DNA of 64,000 nucleotides from Octopus sinensis (Eukaryota): the NCBI RefSeq assembly GCF_006345805.1, contig NC_042999.1:24862001-24926000 (forward strand), read 5' to 3'. Position 1 is the stretch's first letter. The number at the start of each line of letters is the position of its first letter. Shown here piece by piece: positions 22,333 to 34,920 of this stretch. Under the pieces are notes generated by a model, which was not told where the DNA came from, made no database searches, and was given only the letters and a program-made list of their open reading frames with translations. The translations under genes were made by a program, and so were the position numbers.

Positions 22333-25300
22333 ATATATATATATATGGACAGTTAGGTGATACGAGAAAGGGACAATAAAACATCCAGATAGACGATACA
22401 AAGAAAATAAGGATGGGTCATTCGGAGTTTTCTTTCCTCAGTCGAGTTCCAGATTATCTTTGCAATTTCGGCTGACACAAACACACACACCTTTTTAGTA
22501 TAATATATGGATTCATAGAATTGTGTAGTTATCACAGAAAGCTCCTCTAGCGAACTCAGCTAGTAGGCTACATAATAATCCATTATGGAGGAGTATGAGG
22601 TAAAGTTCTATGCAGTTGTTTTCCAAAGTTTGATTTTTTTCAGCTAGATATATACTAGATGAACAATGGGATATATAAAAATAAAATAATATCAGTTACA
22701 TGAAAATAATATGGTCAAATCATATTACTGTTATATAACAACAGACTGTGCAATGAATGCAGTTCTATTTAGTTTTATTTTTGCCTTAGTCATTACTGTT
22801 GAATTATATTCTACTGCAGGAAGCTGACAATTGGACAACTCTTTCTGCAGATGTTGAAGAAGTTTTTCTATCTCAAGACATCCAGGCTGTAAGTCAATCT
22901 TTGAGTCTTTTTAAGATATCTGTTAGTCCACAAATGCAACTTGAAATATATAGTTGTCTTTCAAAATAATGTTTCTAACAAGTATATATATATATATATA
23001 TAACTGTAAAATTCAATTTTTTATTCATTAGATATTTGTTAATGATTTATTTATTATTTATTAATATAATGATTTAATTAGAGAAAGAACTAAGACTTGG
23101 TGTAAATAGTGATATTTCAGTGTCATCCAAACACATAATCAATCTAAGTGACATTGAAATACACAGACTTTGAGTAGGAGTAAGGTTATATAATTAATCA
23201 CGGCATTGATGTGTTGTTAGTGTTGTGGGCCATACAAAAAAACTTTTTAACTTAAAAGCAAACCTGTTGAGTATTTTCTTCAACTTTTTCTAGAAGAAAT
23301 GTTTATTATTTGGATGAACAATAAGACCATAAGGTATGCACATCAGCAGGGTAATGGTACCTTCATCACATCCGTGGAAATAAAGGCATGTCTCAGAATG
23401 CTTATGTGAAAATACCTATTTGTATTCAAGCTACATGGGCAAGGGAAAGTGACATGACTGCTAAAAATCAACAACACACTCTACTCAGAATTAAGTCTTT
23501 ATATCAGTAAGTTAGCTATGTGTATAGCTAACATTGAAATATCCCTCTAATTCTTTTCTCCAAGAACAGGCTCTCTTTCTCTAATCAAATCATTACAGTG
23601 ATATCACTGAATTCTAACTCCCCACTTGAGTTATTAACTGCCACAATGCTTGGAATTACACACCAACAATCGTTATATCATATCTGTAAATTTCATACAA
23701 ATTCATGAATATAGTTATATTATATTGATTGTCATACTGATCTAAACTGCATTTCATCAAGATCTCGAGTTTCTAATGAGAAGTTTTGATTTTGTGAAGA
23801 TTTCACCAAAATGAAATATCGTGTCTCATGTTATTCATTTGTGGTGTGTATTTGAAAAGTAGAAAATTCCTAGATGTAAGGATTATTGTTGTAAAATCCT
23901 TGGTTAGGTTTTATTGAGTATGCTTATGGCCAAAAGTATTCTAACCATGACCATCTTGTCTTTTATATGACAGTAAGATGTGGTTTGAGGGAGATTTGGT
24001 TGTTATTTCTAGCGACCACATAGCAGCCTCCTCATTAGATGTAGTGAACACAGTAATGATAGAATTGAAAGGTCAGATGTGATAGAATAAATTAGTGATA
24101 ATGCAAAACTGAAAATATAATTAAATGGTGATTATTGCCTATTGATTTGAACACTGTAGCATTTAAACCAACCATATCGAGTCTGAATATTCTACCTGTT
24201 CTTATCTTCACATCTTCGAAATCTTGAAGCTACAAGATAATGCAGGATTAATTCAAAACAATGGAAATAAGCATGCATTACATTTGATCAAGTTATCTGA
24301 ATGTTAAAGGATTAACTGAAATGATATTGTTGACAACTGTTTCACACAGACTTGGATTTCTGGATTATGTTCTAATTATTTAATTACAGATAACAGCCAA
24401 ACTTGTTGGGATGCAGCAGAGTTTGGTAAGAGGAATTTTTGTTTTTTAATGTTATTCAGCATTTTATTTATTAAGAGTTTTTTAAAAGTAAATGTTAGAG
24501 AAAAACAGTATTTTATTAAAATACACTTATATTTTAGAGAAAACATAATTTGCTTTTTGCAAAAACACTATATATTTAATAGAAGATTTTATATTTCATA
24601 GAAAATCATATGCATTTTGTGTCAGTTTGATACTTTTAATGTGTGTGGGAACGCACGCATCATTATCATCATCATCATTTAACGTCCGTTTTCCATGCTA
24701 GCATGGGTTGGACGATTTTGACTGAGGGCTGACAACCAGATGGCTGCACCAGGCTCCAGTCTTGATCTGGCAGAATTTCTACAGCTGGATGCCCTTCCTA
24801 ATGCCAACCACTCCGAGAGTGTAGTGGGTGCTTTTTACGTGCCACCTGCACAGGGGCCAGTCAGGTGGTACTGGCAATGACCTCGCTTGAATCTTTTTAC
24901 AGGTGCCAGTGAAGCGAGGTTGGTAACAATCATGCTCAAATGGTGCCCTTTTATGTGCCACGAGTACAGAAGCCAGTTGGCTGCTCTGGCAACGATCACG
25001 CTCGGATGTTGTTCTTGGCACCCTACTAGCACAGGTATAAGTGCCAGTAAGGCGACGCTGGTAATGATCATATTCGAATAGCCGCTCTGTCAACAATTGC
25101 ACTCGTATGGTGCTCTTTGCACCCCGCTAGCACGGATGCCAGTTATCGATTTGATTTTGATTTCACTTGCCTCAACATTTATACATATATAAAATCGTTA
25201 TAGTCCAAGTTCTTATTTGGACTGCATCGCATTCATGCATTTCAGTTTTGGCTTAGTTTCTATTGTTGGATGTCCTTCCTAACATCCACTTTACAAAGTG

Positions 25301-28300
25301 TACAGGATACATTTGTTCATAGCACTAACATTAGAGTGATTACTATGTTTATATACAGGGTGTCCCAAAATTAAGGCAACTGACTTTTGTCTTTGTTTGA
25401 AATCAATGGTCAGTCAGTAATTAACACACTACCAGTAATAATTAATTATCACCTTGTAAGGTAAGAAGGCATTTGTTCAGTTGTTCCATGCAGTGTGATT
25501 GAAAGATAGCCTAAGATGGGATCCAGGTAACAAAAATCTCTCCTAAAGATTTATAGTATCATTGTACTTGAGATACTACATTTAGCTAGGTCAATGAACC
25601 AACGCACATTAGTGTAGAAGTTAGACAAACTATGATGATGATGATATGATTTACTCAAAAAACTGAATCGTTCTTACTTTATATAACTAAAGAGAACTAT
25701 TATTGTTATTTCAGCAAATGCTGGTTGATACCCCAGATTACCAACAGCGTTGTCAGCATCTGGAAAAACTTCAAAATAAGTTGGAGACCCTACTAAGTCC
25801 TCAAGTTGTAGCTGCATTTAATGCACAGTCACTAGGTAAATGTTGGATTTAGTCTCTTATTAATCTCAATGGCCGTGGAGGTGCAATGGCCCAGTGGTTA
25901 GGGCAGCGGACTCGCGGTCATAGGATCGCGGTTTCGATTCCCAGACCGGGCGTTGTGAGTGTTTATTGAACGAAAACACCTAAAGCTCCACAAGGCTCCG
26001 GCAGGGGATGGTGGTGATCCCTGCTGTACTCTTTCACTACAACTTTCTCTCACTCTTACTTCCTGTTTCTGTTGTACCTTTATTTCAAAGGGCTGGCCTT
26101 GTCCCTCTCTGTGTCACGCTGAATATCCCCGAGAACTACGTTAAGGGTACACGTGTCTGTGGAGTGCTCAGCCACTTACACGTTAATTTCACGAGCAGGC
26201 TGTTCCGTTGATTCGGATCAACCGGAACCCTCATCGTCGTAACCGACGGAGTGCTTCCAATCTCAATGGTCAGTCTTTTTCTCAATACAAGGGAACCGAG
26301 TTTTAAACAAACAAACAAAAAATGTAAACGTGTAATGATATTGAGAACAATGTGTGAAGAGAAGATTGCTAAATTGATTTAGAATTGTTGTTGTTGTTGT
26401 GGCTTAGCCCTGAGTCAACACTGACCAAAGATTATCCCTGTGATTATCCCTGTCTTTTTTTATATATGTATGTCTATATGTTTGTGTGTCTGTATAGAGA
26501 CTCCCTCTTCGGCTCATGATATATATACATGCTGAATGTAAAGGTGTAGTGGTGATAGAATTAGGAAGATAGTTCTCCTGAGTGAGTATTGGTATCGAGG
26601 TTTGACCTCAAGCCTGTAAGTTAATAAAGAACATGTTAATGTTCTTTATTGTTAGGGCATAGGAGTGGCTGTGTGGTAAGTAGCTTGCTTACGAACCACA
26701 TGGTTCCGGGTTCAGTCCCACTGTGTGGCACCTTGGGCAAATGTCTTTTACTATAGCTTCGGGCCGAACAAAGCCTTGTGAGTGGATTTGGTAGACGGAA
26801 ACTGAAAGAAGCCCGTCGTATGTATGTATGCATATATATGTCTATATGTTTGTGTGTCTGTGTTTGTCCCCCCAACATCGCTTGACAACCGATGCTGGTG
26901 TGTTTACGTCCCCGTAACTTAGCGATAGAATAAGTACCAGGCTTACAAAGAATAAGTCCTGGAATCGATTTGCTTGACCAAAGGCGGTGCTCCAGCATGG
27001 CCACATGACTGAAACAAATAAAAAGTAAAAAAAAAAAGTAAAAGTAATGCAGTATCCTGTTACTCCTTAGTTTCATTCTGTGTTCAGATGCAAGCAAAAG
27101 TTTTGTTTTTTTTGTCCATATGTAGGTTGATGAAATAGTTTCCAATCATTTACTGAAATTGATTCAATTCATGACACAGATTCCCTACAATTTGTGACCT
27201 TCTGCTGAAGGGCCAAATCAGTTGTACGGTGCTGCTTATTTCAGGGAACCTATCACATGCACCTATTTCCAATGAGGGAAACTAAGTAATTGCCTTGACC
27301 ACAGACACAATACAGTGCTAATGATATGTTATGAACTTGTGACCTTTGAACCAGTAACCCAACATACATCCAACAGACTTGAGTAAATTACTCAGTCAAT
27401 AGTCTGATATACTATTTACTCTCTGTAATTTGCCATGCTATTTACTCAGTCAGTAATTTTCAACAGAAGTTGCTATTAGTTAATTTTGAAGTTTTCTTTG
27501 AACAGTCAGCTGTCAGTTTACCTGGATAGAAACAATGCAGTTGATAAGAATGATGGAAATTAATGCATGCAAAATTTCACACCTCTCGTACCAGTCCTTC
27601 ATAGTCGGCCTATGAACTTTTCAACCTACTCTCATCTATTTGTCATTGTTTGATATATTTTTACCTATTTAACTTTCTCTCCTCCTTTAACCATATTTCT
27701 TTACATGATTGTATGAGGAATATTATCTATCTTCCTGTCTACACCTCCTTCGTTTTTCACCCTCTTGTACTACACTCCTTAGCAATCCTTTGCTCTGCTA
27801 AGTCAATTGCTTGTCTTCAGTTTTTTGTCCTCATTTCCTCAATCCCAGACTAACAACTACAATGACAAAGTACTGTATTTTACAAACCTCGTGGCAATAA
27901 ACTTTGTCACTCTTCCAATTCATTGATTTTTACTGAAACTAACCTTTGGACTTGCATCAACAAAGCGATATTTTGATACAAGGATATTTTATTTGGAATT
28001 TTTTTATAGAGAGCCTGTTAAAATGTAATGGTAACTCAGTGAACTGTTTGTTGAGAACTTGGTGGCTCACTATAGCATATCACTGTAGAATAATTTTCTT
28101 CTCCTTTTGCAGAAGCTACACAGACTTATGCAAAGATATTTGAGGACATCAATCGCTTGGGTCAGTTGTACAAATATTATCACAAGTGTCAGAAGGTAAG
28201 TCAGTTTTGGCATCAATTTAGGCATCAATTTAAACAACCCTCTCACTTATTCATGCACATGACAGTAATACATATCTTAAAATATCAACATTGATAAGAG

Positions 28301-31300
28301 CTAGGTTTTACATATAGGTATTAATGAAACTAGAAATATTGAATTTCTAAATGTCTCAATGAGACATGAGCGGTGGTGGAGCGATAGAGTGGTTGTATAA
28401 AGTCAACATAACGTTGACAGTCCTGTAGAGGGAATTTCACCACCGCTATTTAGCCCTAGGAAGCATCGACGCTTCCTGTCGGCTTTGACACATTTCCTGT
28501 GTCCTTATATTTGCAAAGGGGAGGCAAGCACCTCTCTGTAAATAGATATATTTGCAAAGGCTTGGCAAGTATCACCGCTAGCAGGGACTCGCTACCCTGG
28601 ACTGATGACGGGCAAGACCCAGAAACATGCATGTATTCAGGTTGCTAATCCTAACTGGTGGGGGTGCTTGCCTCCCCTTTGCGAATATAAGGACACAGGA
28701 AATGTGTCAAAGCCGACAAGAAGCATCGATGCTTCATAGGGCTATATAGTGGTGGTGAAATTCCCTCTAGGGGACTGTCACGTTATGTTGACTTTATACA
28801 ACCACTCTATTAATAAAAAGTTATTTTAAATGTTATATGTGGTTATAGCAAGTAATTTGTTATGTAAGAGAATAAATGTACTTTTTTACAGAAATGAGTT
28901 ACTACTTTATTCATTCAACTAACCTTGAACCTTATATGAAGCTAACTAAATAAAGGTTTCTGTTCAGTTAATGTAATCCTAGCAGAGAAACAAAAGATGT
29001 ATTAGCTGTGTGACTTGAAACAACTGTAATCAAGCTATTATGTCAAGGCTGAATGTGAAATGTATGGCTTGAAATTAACTGCCTTATCATGGCCATTAAG
29101 TTAGCTGCATAACTGAAGAAAATTGTCATATAATGGCTAATCATTGAGCTACATAACTTGTGTTTGCTGACGGTCATTAAATTTCCTTGATATAGTATAA
29201 CTGTTTAATTAGCTGGTCTATTGAGAGAAAGTCCAGTAGCCAGTAGCGATAATGACTGGTAAATTGAACTGTAATGGTTTGCATAGCAGTTGATAAAGGC
29301 CCAAATGTGTGGTAAGATCTATTGGTCAAAGTCACCAATGCAGGAGCCTTTGTGGACGGGCTCTGAAAAACAATGTACCTTTTCTTTTAAAATAGCATAT
29401 ACTTTTGGTATAGCCTATTATTTGGGTTAGTTCATTTCTTGATAATTTTCATTTACTGGGTTGCTCCAATAATAGCACTCCATGATGACAGTGCTTATCT
29501 GTTTACGCCACTTCTGCCTATTTTTACAGCTAGCAGTAGCTAAATTACAACTCGGTCCACCCTGCTGCGCAGTGGGTGCTTGTCAGGTGACACTGCTCCA
29601 CTTTTGGTTCCAGTCCCATTTATGCTGTTATTTGGCTCATTATTTGACATCCTTCTCTCTCTTTCGGAGAGGCACTGAGCACCTACACGCACACATACAC
29701 ACACGGCAGTAACTTCCGCCTGCCGAATTCAATCACAAAGCTTCGGTCGGCTCGGGGCTACAGCAGAAGACACCTGCCCAAAGTGCCACGCAGTGGGACT
29801 GAACCCGAAACCATGTAGCTAGGAAGCAAGCTCCCTAACCACACAGCCACGCCCGCGCCTGTGAGGGTTTTACTGTCCATGAGTATTATTTTCATAGCTT
29901 GATCACTAAATGCACTGTCATAGTTTAATTCCACTAGACCCCAAGCTGATATTTCTTGTTCATGAGATTATTGTTATCATTATTATTATTAAGGGAAAGA
30001 GCAATGTATGCCATCAAAGTGACACTGGGGTACAAATGTATGAAGTGCTGTATACCCATCATGACTACCTATCTAATAAGGATACACCAAGCACATGCAT
30101 CACAGCCATATGTGCATGACATGGTGATCTTGTATCAAGATAAACAGTGCATGAGCTTTGTAGGTGGGGCCCAGTTAGAATCTTCTTCAAGTCGAGTAGC
30201 TCATCCTGCTCAAAAGGTCCTTGGATGAAGGTTGTTTAAGGATGATGAACAAAACGCCCATGTTTCCCAGAGGTGAATTATTCAAACCCCCAAACATTCC
30301 TCTCAACACATGACTATGATGCTTCCCCATTACTCCTGCTCGTGATCAGAGATGCACATATAGTCAGCCGCTAAGGGTCATGCTCAACTGGTTAAGGTCA
30401 AACAACTGATAAGCAAATCTGTAGTATTGAGCAAAATATTTGCTGTAGCCCGTCTTTTTATACCAAGATAAAATATGTACATGATAACACTTCCAATCAG
30501 TTAAGATCAGAAGCCATGAGAATCACTACCTTGTACTGCACAAATATTATCATTATATTATTATTATTATTGATATTGTTATTATTATTATTTTACAACT
30601 GACTGCATCTTTATATTCCTATCAACAGGTTCAACTGATTAATCACTGGAAGAATATTCTGGACACCAATTCTGATGACACATTCTTAGAATGGCTTACA
30701 TCATTTTACGATCATCTGTTGTCTACTTGGCATGGACAGGTGACTTAGAATTTTGTGTTATATAAATTACCTCATTCCCAAACTGGCCCCCTCCTGCATA
30801 ACCAATTTTACATGGATCTCTTTTTAAAGTGGCAAGGTTCACATTAGCTGAAGTTGTCTGAGATACACAATACCTAAAATGCAAACAACAGACTGGAGAC
30901 ATCTAGAATGTCTTTGATGAAAACTCTCTCCTCAACCAGTGTTTGATGAGGGTTAGACAACAACATTGGCATTCCTGCTTGACAGAGTTTCTACTGTTGG
31001 AAGAAACCAAGTTGAAACTTGGTACGACTACTGTGCCAGAATTGGGACCTTTTCCGTTCGAACGGCAGTGTCATATGAAATTGTCACCCATAATTATGAC
31101 CCTAGAATTGATCTATTGCATTTCAATCTCTTTTAGGGTTAGAGGTGGGGGAAGGGTATATTTTTTTCTTCACAAATGTAAATAAACCCAATCTGTTTCT
31201 TAAACGAGGGACATATTCATACGGCACAGAATGTTTTTTAACTCAACAGACGTCACTGATTGGTTGAAATTGCAGAAATTGAAGAAAAAAAAGCAACAAA

Positions 31301-34300
31301 TATCTTACAAACTATAGAATTTTCTCAATAAAGGCAAGAGAAAAAGATGTTTTATAAACACATTCTACCAGTATACGAAGTTTAAAATTTTTTAGTTACC
31401 TAGAAATTATGTTAAAAACTGGCATTCAAACCGAAAAGATCCCAGAATTGTTTGTCAGTTTTAGCTAGTCCTCAATAATAAAGTAAACTAGTCCTCAATA
31501 ATAAAGTAATTATCCTGCTAATTGTAATTATATATGTGTATATATTCCGTTGGGTGTAATAATATTGGTATAAATATCCTCTTGACTCTAATAATATAGG
31601 TGTAAACAACTTGCTGACTGAAATAACACAGATTTGTGTGTGTGTATGTAAATGGTGGACATCAACTATTGATGTTTTCTAAAATTTTACATCGGTATGG
31701 CTATCAAAGGAAGGTGAATATTTTACAGCATGTTTTGATAATGAGATTGTAAATGTGTGCTGTGCAAGAAACTAACAATTATTATAGTTTTTGCATTTAT
31801 TTAAAGGGAAAATAAAACATGTTGCCTTAGGTATATTATTACTGAAAACAAAATAAAAGGCAAGACAATCATGACCACATCACTTTTCATCATAAGCCTA
31901 CTGGATCTAAATAATTTTACTTTTTGAAATGCTTTTTCGGTTTGAACGGTAGTTTTTAACATAATTTCTAGGTAACTAAAAAAATTTAAACTTCGTATAC
32001 TGGTAGAATGTGTTTATAAAACATCTTTTTCTCTTGGCTTTATTGAGAAAATTCTATAGTTTGTAAGATATTTGTTGTATTTTTTTCTTCATTTTCTGCA
32101 ATTTCAACCAATCAATGACATCTATTGAGGTAAAAAACATTCTGTGCCATATGAATATGTCCCTCGTTTAAGAAACAGATTGGGTTTATTTACATTTGTG
32201 AAGAAAAAAAAATATCCTTCCCCCACCCTAACTAACCCTAACCCTAAAACAGATTGAAATGCAATAGATCGATACTAAGGTCATAATTATGGGTGACAAT
32301 TTCGTATGGCACCGCTAGAAAAAACTGCCGTTCAAACCGAAATGATCAGCTTTTACTAATTGTTTTTGTTCTGTAGAGAAAGTAGCAGCAGCTATCCAAG
32401 TTTCAATTTTGTATATGTCTTCAAATCATTTAGTTAATTATTTCTGTACATTGTTCTTCTTTTACATATTTTTTAAAGATTATGTTTTTATTTATTTTTT
32501 TTTAAAGATAAAATGGTGCAGTCAAGTATTTCGAGATCCTGTACCTATTCTCTGTGACCTTTTCACAGAAGTCATCAAGGACCTTGACCCAAGTTTGGAT
32601 GATTGCCTTTCTGTATATATTGACGAGCAGGGTTCTAATGTCACCTTAATTAGTCTTATCAACTTGAAACAGGTTTGTTTTATTGCTTATATGACTTTGT
32701 TTCAAGAATATTTTTAGATATCTGTATTTAGAATATTGATTGTTTTACAGTGCTCCTTATTGCTGTTGTTGTTATTGGTGGTGGTGGCGGCAGTGGCATC
32801 AGTGTTAGTATAGTGTAGTATCAGCTGCAGCACTGTAAACCATCTTTGCCTCTATTTTCTTTTCCTGATGTTAATTATGTAAACATCAAATCTATATATA
32901 TAAAACTCAACTTGTGTGTCTGTGTGTTTAACTTCCCGGCACATCTCCTCCTAGCCAACAAATCGTAGAACCACCCAAAATGGGTCACTTAAAGTTTAGG
33001 CGAATGAAAAATGAACTGCGCTATTTCTGTTCCGAAATTCATCTCGCAAGTGCAAAAATCGATAATGTGTTTGTTTAGGCCTTATCCCATGCATTAAATA
33101 GTGAACTTTACTCAGTCAGCTGTTTGACGTGAACTGTGTTCACCACGCGTGCAAGCATGCGTAAATTGCATGAAAAATAAAAAAATCAAGATATAAAAAC
33201 GAATCGCCATAAACATTGTAGAAATTCGGCTAAGAAATGAATTTTCGGGATGTAGCCAGGAGGGTTTTTTCGTATTAATTGTTTGGACTTTGTGAACACA
33301 TACCAATTGTTTCCATAACATTTTTAACACTTTGAATTAAATGCGACCATTTTGCGTTGAGTCTGCTGTTTGAATCACTTTAACCAAATTTTAGCAGGCC
33401 AGATTTTTGATCATCACGATACTTCGCCAGCGACTCCCTGACACTCTCCCCTGAAATCCCCGTTGAGAAATCTATTATATATATAAAATTACTTTGAATG
33501 TGACTCCTGAGAAAGAGTAAAAGTAATTATCCGATGAACGACGGGTATTACTGCTAGTATTATATAAAAATGTCACACTGGCTTCAAGCACATGAACGTA
33601 CAACAGAATGATGATTTATGAGAGTGGTCAAATAGCTGCACTACCTGTGGTTCAATAGCTGGACAACTTGTTAAATATTTGGACCAATTGTGCCTAAATG
33701 AGCTACATTTGCTTAAATATTTGGACTACTTGTGGTTAACATTTGAGTCACTTTTTAGATATTTGGACTATCTGTGAAGAAATAGTTGGGCTACCTTGAG
33801 TTAAATCAGTGGTTAAATTGATAGGTTACCTGTTGTTGGATTACATGTGGCTAAATAATCAATTAGTCTGCATGGATTTCAGTTGCTGCAGACCTGTATT
33901 GTCAATAGGCATTTCCACAGTGAAGGTCTCAAAGTAGCTAATTGTTTGTCATATCCTTCCCTGTGGACAGACTAGCAGATAGCAATTGTTTTCTCATTGA
34001 GATGAGGCAATGTCACAAAGTCAAGATTGAGGAATCTTGTCTCTCTCTCCCCTTTGATAAAGATAAGGAATGTTGTGTTGTCATATGAGACATCAATAAT
34101 GAGCCAGTGTATAAACAATAGCAAGACATACACCCAAGACTACCTGAAATACAATGCATTTTTAAATTATATGTTCTTTCACCTTGTAAGAAGCTTTCCA
34201 TCAACCTCTCTCTCTCTCGCTCTCTCTCTCTCTCTATATATATATATATTTATATGTGGCATGCTGTGCTGGTGGCACATAAAAAGCACCAACCGATCGT

Positions 34301-34888
34301 GGCCGTTTCCACCCTCCCCTGGCACCTGTGCCAGTGGCATGTAAAAAGCATCCACTACACTCATGGAGTGGTTGGCGTTAGGAAGGGCATCCAGCTGTAG
34401 AAACACTGCCAGATCAGACTGGAGCCTGGTGCAGCCTCCTGGCTTTCCAGACCCCAGTCAAACCGTCCAACTCATGCTAGCATGGAAAAGGGACGTTAAA
34501 CGATGATGATGATATATATATAGGAGGGAATCTGTGGAAGAGGTAGACTCAGGAAGACATGAGGCAAGGTGGTGAAGTATGATCTTCAGAAGCTGGGTCT
34601 CATGAACATATTGACAAGTGATTCAGGCCTTTGCTGATTTGCTGTGCTTTAGAAGACTCATCAGACCAAGTGAAATCATAGTCGTGGACAGTATCAGTGA
34701 CACGTAAAAGGCACCTATGCTGGTGACCCATAGAAGGCACCCACTACACTCTTGGAGTGGTTGGTATTAGGAAGTACATCCAGCCATAGAAACCAAGCCA
34801 AAATCAGATAGGAGCATGCCAGTTCCAGTCAAACTGTCTAACCCATGCTAGCATAGAAAACAGACACTAAATGATGATGATCATCATG

Positions 34889-34920
<32 letters not shown>

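Noticed and set aside
22385-22475. CTGAGGA...CCGAATGAC and CAGCCGAAATTGC on the minus strand of the direct repeat
   Set aside because: I could not build stems I-III around a canonical core.
29995-30540. Possible additional interspersed repeat or LINE 3' UTR
   Set aside because: Single copy in the window with no recognisable coding motif or TSD, so it cannot be supported here.
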